IMG/VR virus record: IMGVR_UViG_3300035183_001077
Length of the DNA stretch: 64,000 nt
Strand: one strand, 5' to 3'
Origin: an uncultured virus (IMG/VR IMGVR_UViG_3300035183_001077)
Taxonomy: Duplodnaviria > Heunggongvirae > Uroviricota > Caudoviricetes
Under the pieces are notes generated by a model. That model worked only from the letters and a program-made list of their open reading frames with translations. It had not been told where the DNA came from and did no database searches. Each line of letters begins with the position of its first letter. Within the stretch, counting starts at the first letter, position 1. Positions 10,386 to 20,394 of this stretch are shown piece by piece. The position numbers were made by a program, and so were the translations under genes.

Positions 10386-12236
10386 ATGGGAGAAACCATG
10401 AATAAAAATAATTTAGCAAAAGCTATTACTTCGATTATTAAAAAAGCCCAAGGAGAAACATTTGGGTTCAATTTAAGTGAAAAACAAAAGAAACAGTTGA
10501 GTGAAGCTGGTGAAGAATTGCTTAATAAAGGACTAAGCGAGGCAAAACAAGAAGTTCAACAGACAGGAGGGAGTGCTCCTAGTCGGACAAATGAACAGCG
10601 AAATCAACCGACAGAAGGAGGTGCTTCTGGCGGAACGGGTAAACAGCCTGGTAAGGGTACGGGAAGTTCTCTGTTGTCGTGGTTATTGGGTATTGGTGGG
10701 CTTGCCGGTGGTGGTATACTTGCTTATAAGTATAGAGGTAAATGGGTGCCTCCTGTTAAAGGATTTGCTAGTAGTCTTGGCGCTCATGCGGCTAATTTGC
10801 TTAGAAAACGTAAAACGACTTCAGTTTCCCAATCTCAGGCCGGTTCATCTTTAGGTAACGCTTCTTTGGCACCTACAACAAGTGAGTCCATACCAGAAGC
10901 TATTCATATTCCAGAAAATATACCAGAGGCTACCCTTATTCCAGAAAATATACCAGAGGCTACCCTTATTCCAGAAAATATACCAGAGGCTACCCTTATT
11001 CCAGAAAATGTTCCAGAAGCTACTCTCGTTGATACGCCAGCATCTCCAGCTCAACCATCAGAATCTAAACCTGTTGCGACAATAAATACTGCTGCTTTTT
11101 TGGAGCCTACTTTAGTTATTGATGAAGAATATAGAATCAGGAAAAGCCCAACCAGACTTTATATGGAAATAAGTGGGATTAGTAAAGATGCTTGGTTTGG
11201 TACTGCAGGTGCTACTACAGGAATAGCGGATGTTTATAGGGATCAGGCTAATGAGTTTGCTAGAAGTATCCAAGTTGATCTTGGGACTTTATCTCGTCAT
11301 GCTGAAGTTGACAATTTCGCTAGATTATTGATTCTTTCAAAAACCTTAGATGTTATATCAGAAAAACCAGACACTCTTAATTTGGATAAAAATGCGGATG
11401 CAAAAAGAGCTGCTCAGCTGGCACCTTTGCATAAATTTGAATTAATAAGGCAAAACTATTTATCTTTAGCTTCTTTAGAAGCTCAAGCAAGTAAACACGA
11501 TATAAAAGGAAAATTAGTAGATGTTATTCAAGGTAAAGCACAGTATTTTCAATTTTTTGGAATTAAAGATGGAAAACTCCAGAAAATGCAATGGCATAGT
11601 GATGGTACTTTGGAAGAGAAAGGTCTCAATAGGAGTGAAGTAGGTCTTGTTGGTACTGTATTGCAAAAGAAAGCGGACAATCTTAGGGAAGGTATTGGAA
11701 AGTTATTACAGCATTTTAGAGATGAAGTATTACCTCAAAGACGCATGATAAGTAAGGAGGAAAAAGAAGCTTTTAGGAGTCTAGAAAGAGATGCACGGGC
11801 ATTAAGTGTGCTTTCCGCTCAAATTTCAACATTAAGAGAGGGTGTAACAAATCAGCAAATAAGTGCTGATAAAGGAAGCGAAGATTTGGCCAGAGTAGCT
11901 GATGCTTTGCATAAAATTAATAGAAGAATGGCAACATCACAAGATATATCAACTATATTGAGAGCCGGACGAGATACTTTACCATTTGTAGATATTAACA
12001 CATTTAGCAGATTACAACATGGAGAAATATATTTCAAATCTTCAGCTACAGGCTTGTTTAGAAATCTGGATGGAATTAAAGTCCTTGCTCATGATGTTGA
12101 TATACCTGACTTATCAAGTGGCGGCAGGAGATTAAACATTCCAACTTTCGCAATCGAAAGGCCTGTTTCTAATTTCCGTATGCATTCAGACGTGCGAGTA
12201 CTTGGTTTCTTGAGAACTTTAGCCAAAAGACGGTAA
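10386..12236 (+). CDS. leader/Gly-TM/Arg-tail family protein 3 (likely start ATG 10398)
   Basis: Leader nearly identical to the 8758 gene; LLGIGGLAGGGILAYKYRGKW; IPEATLIPEN repeats; ends FLRTLAKRR. Confidence 0.75.
   Translation: MGETMNKNNLAKAITSIIKKAQGETFGFNLSEKQKKQLSEAGEELLNKGLSEAKQEVQQTGGSAPSRTNEQRNQPTEGGASGGTGKQPGKGTGSSLLSWLLGIGGLAGGGILAYKYRGKWVPPVKGFASSLGAHAANLLRKRKTTSVSQSQAGSSLGNASLAPTTSESIPEAIHIPENIPEATLIPENIPEATLIPENIPEATLIPENVPEATLVDTPASPAQPSESKPVATINTAAFLEPTLVIDEEYRIRKSPTRLYMEISGISKDAWFGTAGATTGIADVYRDQANEFARSIQVDLGTLSRHAEVDNFARLLILSKTLDVISEKPDTLNLDKNADAKRAAQLAPLHKFELIRQNYLSLASLEAQASKHDIKGKLVDVIQGKAQYFQFFGIKDGKLQKMQWHSDGTLEEKGLNRSEVGLVGTVLQKKADNLREGIGKLLQHFRDEVLPQRRMISKEEKEAFRSLERDARALSVLSAQISTLREGVTNQQISADKGSEDLARVADALHKINRRMATSQDISTILRAGRDTLPFVDINTFSRLQHGEIYFKSSATGLFRNLDGIKVLAHDVDIPDLSSGGRRLNIPTFAIERPVSNFRMHSDVRVLGFLRTLAKRR
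10890..11030 (+). repeat. in-frame 30-bp tandem repeat, about 4.7 copies, three identical
   Basis: Unit ATACCAGAGGCTACCCTTATTCCAGAAAAT encoding IPEATLIPEN. Confidence 0.95.
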
Positions 12237-12239
12237 GCT

Positions 12240-13640
12240 ATGACTACTAATTTCATAAATCATACATTATCCCGGCTTATCAAACTGGCAGCGTTACCTG
12301 GTGGAGGTAGTAATTTGCCTGAGCTAGGGAATTTTAGTTTTGCAAATTTTAATCCACCCAGTGAATTGTATAAAGGACAGACTCCTCTTCAATATGCTAC
12401 TGATAAATTGAAAGGATATGGGCTAATCAATGCGGAAAGGACGTTTCCTACGCTACTGACAGGTATACATCGCAGTCTTTCTCCTGTTCAGAGATTATCA
12501 ATTCCTCAAAACCTGCACGAATTACCCAGGTTTCTTCATGCTGGTTGGGAATTGTTTGTTACGATGCATGAACTTGATTATTTATATAATCCTCAAATTG
12601 AATATCATAGACTTCGTGGAAGGATAACTGAAGAAATGTATCAAAGAATGTACCGGCATATTCAACCTGATGTACGTAATATAGAACCTGTTTTGAGGAG
12701 TATGTTATTAGGACGTTACTGGGATTATGCCAGATACCTGGATTTGCAGGGGGTAAAATTAAAAATTCTTGAAGATGCCAGATTTACGGCAGCGCAAGGA
12801 TTACCATTTTCGCTTGTTGTTGCCCATCCTGAACATGGGTTTGTCAGAGCTGTCTGGCAACCAAATTCAAAAAGAATTACGTTTGAGGGGTTATCACCAC
12901 GTGATTTGCATGAAATAACCCGCGTTTTCTATTCTGAAATAGAAGATAGAGCACATCGAACCAACAGCACTGTTTCATATCTTGATAAACTAATATCTGA
13001 AACCAGAAAAACTACAGCAGATTGGGTTGACGTTGTCAGTTTACAACCTGGTAAAGGGCGTGGAATACGAGATACTTTGATGAGATTGGAAGAGTATAAC
13101 AATGATTTACGAGAATCAGGTAAAGCATTAAGTGAGGCTGTAAAAGCTGTTTCTGCTATTGAAGGATATTTAAGAGATAATATAAAAAATATTCCTCGTG
13201 GAGCTGAAGCAAAACTATCACAAGGTCTTTACCAGGCCGTTAGTGCGGTAGAGCAGTTATCTGACAGAGTACGGAAGGTAGCTGGCTATGTTGGTGTAGA
13301 TTTATTTAATTTGAATGATCGTATTTATGGCGGATGGCATGAACATGGAGTTATGCCGCGTTCGCTTATTACAGAGACAGCCAGAAGTACGTCAGAGCTA
13401 TTCCGCGGAAATCTATTAATGCAAATAGAAAAATCGTCAGGGGTATTTGAACATTTGAGAGATTATCAAATACCAATAGTACGCGAATCGTCATTACAGT
13501 ATGTGAGTTCATCTCAGAAATTAAAATTTTCCCATCTTTACAGTGAAATACCTTCCAGACCTGTGGAAGTATTCAAAGTTGGCAGCAATCCTAACGCCTG
13601 GCGATTTCTCAGAGCAGCATCGAGGCTGGCTAGAAGATGA
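12240..13640 (+). CDS. leader/Arg-tail family protein 4
   Basis: LSRLIKLAA leader; shared core (FSLV...VRAVWQPN...EGLSPRDL); ends FLRAASRLARR. Confidence 0.75.
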   Translation: MTTNFINHTLSRLIKLAALPGGGSNLPELGNFSFANFNPPSELYKGQTPLQYATDKLKGYGLINAERTFPTLLTGIHRSLSPVQRLSIPQNLHELPRFLHAGWELFVTMHELDYLYNPQIEYHRLRGRITEEMYQRMYRHIQPDVRNIEPVLRSMLLGRYWDYARYLDLQGVKLKILEDARFTAAQGLPFSLVVAHPEHGFVRAVWQPNSKRITFEGLSPRDLHEITRVFYSEIEDRAHRTNSTVSYLDKLISETRKTTADWVDVVSLQPGKGRGIRDTLMRLEEYNNDLRESGKALSEAVKAVSAIEGYLRDNIKNIPRGAEAKLSQGLYQAVSAVEQLSDRVRKVAGYVGVDLFNLNDRIYGGWHEHGVMPRSLITETARSTSELFRGNLLMQIEKSSGVFEHLRDYQIPIVRESSLQYVSSSQKLKFSHLYSEIPSRPVEVFKVGSNPNAWRFLRAASRLARR

Positions 13641-15076
13641 GCTTATTAACAGCTATTTCTAATAAAATAAAAAAATTAATAAAAGTCGCTATTGGTTTAC
13701 CTGGTATGGGTGGGGAAGGAAGCAAACTTCCCAAACCTTACAAGGGCTGGCGATTGGAATATGAAGAAATTGATCCGTTTACACCGTTAGAACATGGTGG
13801 TTTAAAAGGTGGCATAACGGGTGGTTGGATTCATTCCACACCTTTGTTTTTGCATAGAGTCAGGTTAGATGATGTGGAGCAACAGTTTCATAAAACTTTT
13901 GATAAAATACAAAAATTAAATAATGAAATGCTTCGAGTTATCTTTTCGCGTGAGGTTGATATAGGCTGGAGTTACCCGCATGATTTTGACAGAATGGCCT
14001 GGGATTATTTATATCGCCTTGATAATACCATGTCTGAGGTAGTTGAATTTTCAGTCGAAGTTGTCCAGCCACATCTGAAACAACTTAATTATATAACCGA
14101 ATATGCTCCGCCGGATGTTTCAGTTTTTAATAGTGGAAATCCTCAGTTAGACCGGCGTTTGTATACTATTGCAACTTTGATGAAGGATGATTTAATAATT
14201 AACACTATTTTCCGTGGACCTCTTCCTGACAATATAAAATATGACTTGATAGAAAGGTTTTCTCTTGAAAGATTGCCATCCTTGTTAGTGGCTTTACCTG
14301 AAATTGTTAATTTAGAAAAGCGTGTTTTGTCAGAAGATTTATATAAAAAAGTATCAAAAGGTGGAGAAGTTCTGATTGTAGATCCAAAAGGTTCGGAAGG
14401 GATAATAGACTTGTATGTTGCCAAACTTAAGCCGGTTAGAAGAGGTAATAATACGTATATGATTTTGCAAACAAGATCACCAACGTATGAAGAATTAGCA
14501 GATATAACTGCCGAAGTTTATGCAAAAAGTGTGATAACAAAACATGCTCTCTCAGAACTGAAAGCAAAGGATACTAGTGGTGAACTGAATCGCTTTTTCG
14601 CTGATAATGGTGGAAGTTTGGATTATTTTATTGACTATATGACCAGATATGAGCGGTTAGTGGGCCTGTATGAAAAATTCTATTCTCACCAGCGAATGTC
14701 GGCACAAGTTTTTGATCTGGCTAAATCTGTTACTGCTCTGGCTGTAAGTGATTTTGAAAAAATATCTCAGAAATTCAACAGTATTCTGCATAAAGTGTAT
14801 ACTGAAACAATGATATCCCCTGATCCAGGTGCAGGAAGAGATTTGTCAGTGCTTTTCAGATTGTTCAGACCTGGATATTTACTGGATATTACAGAACCAA
14901 AGAAAGGTAATTTACATGCAGTTGCGTATGTTGGCGGTGGTTATGCTTCGGCAATTGAGTTTCCCACTTTTCCGCATTTACAACGAATTGCATTAGAACG
15001 ATACAACGAACCAACACCGTTGGCCAGAAGAACTCCACTTGGTATGTGGTGGAAAAGCTTCAGACCACGAAGGTAA
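13637..15076 (+). CDS. leader/Arg-tail family protein 5
   Basis: IKKLIKVAIGLPG leader; ends WWKSFRPRR. Confidence 0.75.
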   Translation: MSLLTAISNKIKKLIKVAIGLPGMGGEGSKLPKPYKGWRLEYEEIDPFTPLEHGGLKGGITGGWIHSTPLFLHRVRLDDVEQQFHKTFDKIQKLNNEMLRVIFSREVDIGWSYPHDFDRMAWDYLYRLDNTMSEVVEFSVEVVQPHLKQLNYITEYAPPDVSVFNSGNPQLDRRLYTIATLMKDDLIINTIFRGPLPDNIKYDLIERFSLERLPSLLVALPEIVNLEKRVLSEDLYKKVSKGGEVLIVDPKGSEGIIDLYVAKLKPVRRGNNTYMILQTRSPTYEELADITAEVYAKSVITKHALSELKAKDTSGELNRFFADNGGSLDYFIDYMTRYERLVGLYEKFYSHQRMSAQVFDLAKSVTALAVSDFEKISQKFNSILHKVYTETMISPDPGAGRDLSVLFRLFRPGYLLDITEPKKGNLHAVAYVGGGYASAIEFPTFPHLQRIALERYNEPTPLARRTPLGMWWKSFRPRR

Positions 15077-15082
15077 ATAATT

Positions 15083-16708
15083 ATGCCGCCATTATATAAT
15101 TTGTTTCCAGGGAATATAATTCAGAATCCTTTAAAAATGCCGGATAATGACAGATTGGCTCATGATCTTTTTGATAGAATTGTCGAGGCTATTCCACCAG
15201 AAAAAGAGCGGGACATTCCGCTTCCTGAAGATAATCAAAACGAGGGTAATTGGAAAAAATGGTTAGGTATTCTTGCTGGTCTTGCTGGTGGTGCAGCTGG
15301 GGGATATGGATTATACAGGCTTTATAGACGAATGATGGCTGATCGCGGTTCTCAACCACCTGCAAGAGCACAAACCAGACCACGAACAGTTACTTATTCT
15401 ACTACACCTCTTGCAAACGTCAGGGTTCCAGACACTGATGTTAGATTAATTGATGATATAGGTACTGGATTGCCACAACCACCTCGTGGAATACCAGGTG
15501 GTGAATCTTTAATTCCTAATATTAACTTTTTTGAATCAGAACCAACTGTTGTACCGCTCAATATAAGACTTCTTTTCGATGTTAATCGCTTTCCAGTTCA
15601 AGAACGAAGACCCCGGGTACTTCTTGCTAATTTTATTGGAACAGCTCTCAGAAAGATTGATCATGATATTGCCTTATTTGAAGATTTTAAAGAAGAATTG
15701 CGTCGTGGTGGTTGGTATGAACGTGATACGGACTTGCAGTTATCTTTCCGCGAACCGTCGCTTAGAGAAACAAATGCACCTTACAGGATTATTTTATTGA
15801 AAACTTTGAGCGATTATGCTTTGGAAGAAATTGACAGAGTATCGGAATTATCTCCAGATGCTATAGATCCAAGGTTGAGAGACTTTTTTAAAGCAACATT
15901 TGTAAATCTTAAAAATCACCTTTATGCAGAGCATTTTGATGTATTTGTGAAGGCAGACAGAGATATGGTTATGCGTGAATTTGCGGCGAGAAAGCAGAGC
16001 GGTTCTAAGGTTCTTGTTGTAAAATATGGCAAGGTTATGATTGAGCGAGGAGGCATGTTTACTCAACCTGATAAACAGACATTGTTATATCTTTCCAGCT
16101 TGTTGAAATCTGAAACAGCAGGTCGATTGGAAGCGTTGAGCAGGTTGATAAGTCAGATGCAGCCAGATAGGTCGTCCAGATTTTTTGCTCAGAATGTACC
16201 AGTTGAGGATGCTAAGACAGAAATGCGTAGAGAGGTTGAGCGTGTCAGACGTGCAACTGTACAGGCTGTTAATGCCGAATTACGGAGTAATGAAGCTGCT
16301 TTTATTGAAGGACGCATCAGCGGCATCGAATTCAGCGAATCTCTGGCAAGATATATGAAAACTATTCAGAGGGAGCACGGTGGTTTGATACGTTATTTGG
16401 CTGAAAACAAAGAGTTAATTCAACCAAATAATGAAGTCGTAAATTTCGTTGCTGAAAGGGCTTGGCAACTCAGGCCAAGTTTGTTAGTAAGATATGAAGA
16501 TGCTTCTGGAACTGAACGAAGAATTATAAGTTTTGATAGTTTTACAAAAATGCAGGTAGCAATGGATCGTAATTTCCGTTTCAGTCCGGATTTGAATAGA
16601 TTAGAAGCTCTTGTAATATCACGATATCATCATCCTGAGAACGTTTCTAGCCATCCAATCAGCCAAAATATAATGAGGTTGTTACGAGGAATGCGAGTAC
16701 GAAGATAA
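15083..16708 (+). CDS. Gly-TM/Arg-tail family protein 6 (no obvious K-x-A leader)
   Basis: WLGILAGLAGGAAGGYGLYRLYRR; ends MRLLRGMRVRR. Confidence 0.75.
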   Translation: MPPLYNLFPGNIIQNPLKMPDNDRLAHDLFDRIVEAIPPEKERDIPLPEDNQNEGNWKKWLGILAGLAGGAAGGYGLYRLYRRMMADRGSQPPARAQTRPRTVTYSTTPLANVRVPDTDVRLIDDIGTGLPQPPRGIPGGESLIPNINFFESEPTVVPLNIRLLFDVNRFPVQERRPRVLLANFIGTALRKIDHDIALFEDFKEELRRGGWYERDTDLQLSFREPSLRETNAPYRIILLKTLSDYALEEIDRVSELSPDAIDPRLRDFFKATFVNLKNHLYAEHFDVFVKADRDMVMREFAARKQSGSKVLVVKYGKVMIERGGMFTQPDKQTLLYLSSLLKSETAGRLEALSRLISQMQPDRSSRFFAQNVPVEDAKTEMRREVERVRRATVQAVNAELRSNEAAFIEGRISGIEFSESLARYMKTIQREHGGLIRYLAENKELIQPNNEVVNFVAERAWQLRPSLLVRYEDASGTERRIISFDSFTKMQVAMDRNFRFSPDLNRLEALVISRYHHPENVSSHPISQNIMRLLRGMRVRR

Positions 16709-16749
16709 AAAATTAATTATTCTAAAACTGTACTTGCAAAACCAGGTAG

Positions 16750-16755
16750 TATAAT
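16750..16755 (+). promoter_or_regulatory. TATAAT -10 box 5 nt upstream of ATG (putative leaderless promoter)
   Basis: TATAAT-TACTT-ATG; same geometry at 21615 and 25834. Confidence 0.5.
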
Positions 16756-16760
16756 TACTT

Positions 16761-17522
16761 ATGAATCCAAAAATTGAATTTCTTGGCGAACCGGCATTAA
16801 TAAAAAGCAAATACGCCCACATCCGTCAGGAAGTAACCAAATTTTTATTAAAATTCATCCAACCTGGCGATATTTTGTTTCGCCTTGGTAATGCTAAGGC
16901 TTTTAATGTAATTCCTTTCAGTTTTATCGTTGCTGGCGTTACACAATCACATTACAGCCACGCAGCCATGATTGCAAACATAGAAAATGATGTAGTTGAC
17001 GTTGCTGATGTAGATATTTATGGATTTCAAATTAAAGATTTACCATCCTGGCTGAACGATTGTATTGGCCCATTCCTTGGTGTCTATAGACTGAAAGATT
17101 TTGACGAAACTAAAAAACAAAAAGTAATAGATTTGTTCAAAAAATGGCGTAATTTAACAATTTTATATAATTCTAATTTTATAGATGTGAATGTAGATTT
17201 TGACAATCATGATCCTTCGGTATTGTATTGCACGCAGATGGTGGATGCTGTATGCAGGTATTTGGGTTATGAGATGAAAAAGTCAAAAATTAAATTATCA
17301 GAAGCTCCTGGGATAGCTTCGGTGCCTGAAATAGTTATAGATGTAGCAACAAAGAAGTTTGGAGTGAATTTGAATCAGGATATGATAGTTGTGGGTAATG
17401 AAAATATTGGTTTACTGGCGAATGGAGAACTGGAACCTTTGGCTGTTATAGTTTCAGATGGTACTAAGTGGCAGACAGTTAAAGGTAAATATCAAAAATT
17501 ATTATCAGAAAAAGTAGAATAG
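16761..17522 (+). CDS. permuted papain-like NlpC/P60 enzyme (YiiX/YaeF-like)
   Basis: IQPGDILF, YSHAAM (His) and downstream LYCTQMV (Cys) in permuted order. Confidence 0.75.
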   Translation: MNPKIEFLGEPALIKSKYAHIRQEVTKFLLKFIQPGDILFRLGNAKAFNVIPFSFIVAGVTQSHYSHAAMIANIENDVVDVADVDIYGFQIKDLPSWLNDCIGPFLGVYRLKDFDETKKQKVIDLFKKWRNLTILYNSNFIDVNVDFDNHDPSVLYCTQMVDAVCRYLGYEMKKSKIKLSEAPGIASVPEIVIDVATKKFGVNLNQDMIVVGNENIGLLANGELEPLAVIVSDGTKWQTVKGKYQKLLSEKVE

Positions 17523-17529
17523 CTTACAC

Positions 17530-18882
17530 ATGCCAGAACAGGCGTTAGGAATTCCAGATCGCGATAAGTTTGGCGATTTACGAAATATATTAAAATCCGA
17601 TTTTTATGATTTAGTATTGCAATCTCATGAAGCTGAGAGGGCTGGAAAGCATCTTGATTTACGGTTAGGAAACCCTGAGATTGGATTGGTTTCGTGGGCA
17701 GTACGTAAAGGTTTACCTGAACCAGGAAAAAAGCATTTAGCTGTTCGTCAGCCGTTACATGAGTATTCTTATAAAGACTTTTCAGGAGAAATTACTGAAG
17801 GTTATGGAAAAGGGAAAGTAGAAACTGAACTGGGAACTATTCTTATTAATAAAGTTTCACGAAATAAATTAGTCTTTACCCGTGCTGATAAACGTAATCA
17901 AGAACGATATGCGTTAGTACATACCCCAAAATATGGTAAAGATAAGTGGCTGCTTATTAATATTACTCCAACAAAATATTCTATTCCTACAAAAATACAT
18001 TACAAGACGGTAGATAAAGAACAAGCATTAAAAATAATTAATAATTTACAGCCAGGTTCAACTGTTTCTGCCAAACTTGATGGTGCGAGGACAATAATTC
18101 AGTTATTAGATGATACAGTAGAATTATATTCTGAACGTGTTTCTAAAGATAAGAACAGACCAATTATTTATACAGAGAAAGTTTATGAAGAAATTCCTGA
18201 AGGAAAAATACCTGACACTCTCAAAAATGCTGTTTTAGTCGGCGAACTTATTGGAGTTGATAGTAAAGGCAAAGCAATTCCCACCAATGAACTCAGTGGT
18301 TTACTCAACTCTACTCTCGAAAATGCTGTAACTTATAAGCGTAAAAATGATATTGAGTTTTTAATTTATCTATTTGATATTGCTAAACTCAAAGGAATAG
18401 ACGTTAATCAATTGTTGCCAGCTGAAAAAATTAAATTATTAGAAGAAATACGTAACCGCTTACCAGAGAGTATAAAGAAAAACCTTCGTATTGTTGAGGC
18501 TGTTTACACTTCAGATAAGGCAAAGAAATTATTGCATAAGATAATAGAGAAAAAGCATCCTCTTACTGAAGAAGGAGTTGTTATCAACCCAGTTACTGGC
18601 AAACCAATGAAATTTAAGAATTTTGAAGAAAAAGATGTTTACATAAGAGCTGTTTTTCCTGGTGGCGGGAAATATAAGAACATAGCTGCTGGCGGATTTT
18701 ACTACTCTTATACGCCTGATGGGCCGATAGTTGGTAAGATTGGAACTGGTTTCAGTGATGAAATGCGTAAAGATATGTGGCTTAATCCTGATGTATATGT
18801 TGGCAGAAGAGCCAGAGTGCAGTTTTTCAGAGAAGGAAATGCTTTACAACACCCATCATTCATTGCTTTACACGAAGGCTAA
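17530..18882 (+). CDS. ligD: LigD-like 3'-phosphoesterase fused to ATP-dependent DNA ligase
   Basis: PE motifs QSHEA, HLDLRL, SWAVRKG, LAV..PLH..Y..FSGEI..GYGKG; ligase motifs KLDG, GE, FDI, EGVV, KFK; OB-fold KIGTGFSD and HPSF. Confidence 0.85.
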   Translation: MPEQALGIPDRDKFGDLRNILKSDFYDLVLQSHEAERAGKHLDLRLGNPEIGLVSWAVRKGLPEPGKKHLAVRQPLHEYSYKDFSGEITEGYGKGKVETELGTILINKVSRNKLVFTRADKRNQERYALVHTPKYGKDKWLLINITPTKYSIPTKIHYKTVDKEQALKIINNLQPGSTVSAKLDGARTIIQLLDDTVELYSERVSKDKNRPIIYTEKVYEEIPEGKIPDTLKNAVLVGELIGVDSKGKAIPTNELSGLLNSTLENAVTYKRKNDIEFLIYLFDIAKLKGIDVNQLLPAEKIKLLEEIRNRLPESIKKNLRIVEAVYTSDKAKKLLHKIIEKKHPLTEEGVVINPVTGKPMKFKNFEEKDVYIRAVFPGGGKYKNIAAGGFYYSYTPDGPIVGKIGTGFSDEMRKDMWLNPDVYVGRRARVQFFREGNALQHPSFIALHEG

Positions 18883-18888
18883 CTTACT

Positions 18889-19215
18889 ATGTTGAAACAT
18901 CTTTTAAGCGTAATATTAATTTTTTCAAAATTATTCTCACACTTGGATGAAAGCGATAAAAAGCGGCGAATAAAGTACCTTATTCTGATGAAATTACTTG
19001 ATATATTGAATAAAAAGTATGGCATAGATTTACCTACGTTTCTTGGTTTGGCTGTGTATTTGCTGGAAAAGGATAAAAGTAATTTTGTATGTACCGTTGA
19101 AGATGGTAAAGTGATTTTATGTCATAAAGAAAACAGGACGAAATTTAAGATTGACAAAGATGTTTGGCAGCAAGTGCATGTTGAATTGTTAGATTCATTA
19201 GGAAAGGTAGGATAG
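18889..19215 (+). CDS. hypothetical protein
   Basis: 108-aa ORF, tightly packed. Confidence 0.6.
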   Translation: MLKHLLSVILIFSKLFSHLDESDKKRRIKYLILMKLLDILNKKYGIDLPTFLGLAVYLLEKDKSNFVCTVEDGKVILCHKENRTKFKIDKDVWQQVHVELLDSLGKVG

Positions 19216-19217
19216 CT

Positions 19218-19733
19218 ATGTCGTACAAATTAATTAAATTAGGCTGGCTTTATCCATCAACTAGTATATATAAACGGGCGGATATATCACTTGAAGAAAT
19301 AGAGAAAGTTGATTTACGTCCACCCAGACCTGGAAAGTTTGAATGGGCGATGCATCAGGCAGGCCCGCTAGGTTTTTTGTTAGGCTGGCCTTATTTAAGG
19401 TATAAAAAACGGAAATTATGGGAAAAGGTCAGGGACAAATATAATCTTTCCGAACCAGCACCAGAGTTTGCTCTTCGGGACTTACAGGCATCTATTGATT
19501 TCTACAAAATATTAACAAAATTAATTGAAAATCCCGATTTTGTGAATGAGCTTAGAGCGACCAATGAGGGTCAAGATATTTTGGAAGCGCTATTTAACAC
19601 TCCAGATGTATCGCCAAAAGATATAAAGAGGAATAAGGAACTATATCAGCAGATGGCCCTTATTCAATTAGATGACATTAAAAGACGTTACTCCGCTATT
19701 GAAGAATGGAAACAGGAAGTTATGAAAATTTAG
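19218..19733 (+). CDS. hypothetical protein with degenerate K-x-A/G leader
   Basis: MSYKLIKLG...IYKRAD; short hydrophobic AGPLGFLLGWPYL. Confidence 0.65.
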   Translation: MSYKLIKLGWLYPSTSIYKRADISLEEIEKVDLRPPRPGKFEWAMHQAGPLGFLLGWPYLRYKKRKLWEKVRDKYNLSEPAPEFALRDLQASIDFYKILTKLIENPDFVNELRATNEGQDILEALFNTPDVSPKDIKRNKELYQQMALIQLDDIKRRYSAIEEWKQEVMKI

Positions 19734-19810
19734 CAAAAGATAAGAAATTTATTTTTTAGTTTTTGTATAATTAGTTGAAGGCTTTTCAGTCATAGACCGA
19801 GGGAAAAACT

Positions 19811-20377
19811 ATGCCAGAAGATTTGTCTTTGATGTTTGGCGAAGAAGAAAAGAAAAAGAAGAAAGGCGGTAAACTTAAAACGGTGGCGATGTATGGTGGT
19901 GCTGGTTTGCTGGCGTTTCTTGGTGGTGCTGCGTTAGCGCTTATGGCAATGTCGCCAGAACAACGTAACGAAGCAATAGAAAAGCTTAAAGGTATGCTTG
20001 GTTCTATTGGTGGTGGTATTGCTGGTGCCGGAAGGTGGGCTGGTGGTAAAATAAAAGATCTATGGGATCTCTTAACTGGAAATAGTCCTAAAGCCAGGTT
20101 AAATCGTTATGTTGATGAACAGTTAGCCAGTGCTCGTAAGTCAACTCCTGCAGAAGCTCAAAGGATTATTGAAGGATTGGAAGAAGAAGCTCCAGAAAGA
20201 GCTGGCACATTCTTCCAACCTAAGGAAATTTCGGAACTTGCTAAGAAAGAACTTCCAGGGACTCCAGAAGAATTGGAAAAATATCCTGTGGAAGCTCTGG
20301 AAAGCTTCCTTAAGAGCCAGTTTGCTGAGCATGCTGCAAGACGTGGGCAGTACTTAAAAGCAAGAGGAAAAAAGTAA
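19811..20377 (+). CDS. poly-Lys + Gly-rich TM protein
   Basis: KKKKKGGKLKTVAMYGGAGLLAFLGGAALAL. Confidence 0.7.
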   Translation: MPEDLSLMFGEEEKKKKKGGKLKTVAMYGGAGLLAFLGGAALALMAMSPEQRNEAIEKLKGMLGSIGGGIAGAGRWAGGKIKDLWDLLTGNSPKARLNRYVDEQLASARKSTPAEAQRIIEGLEEEAPERAGTFFQPKEISELAKKELPGTPEELEKYPVEALESFLKSQFAEHAARRGQYLKARGKK

Positions 20378-20394
20378 TTCCGAGGTAAATAAGT

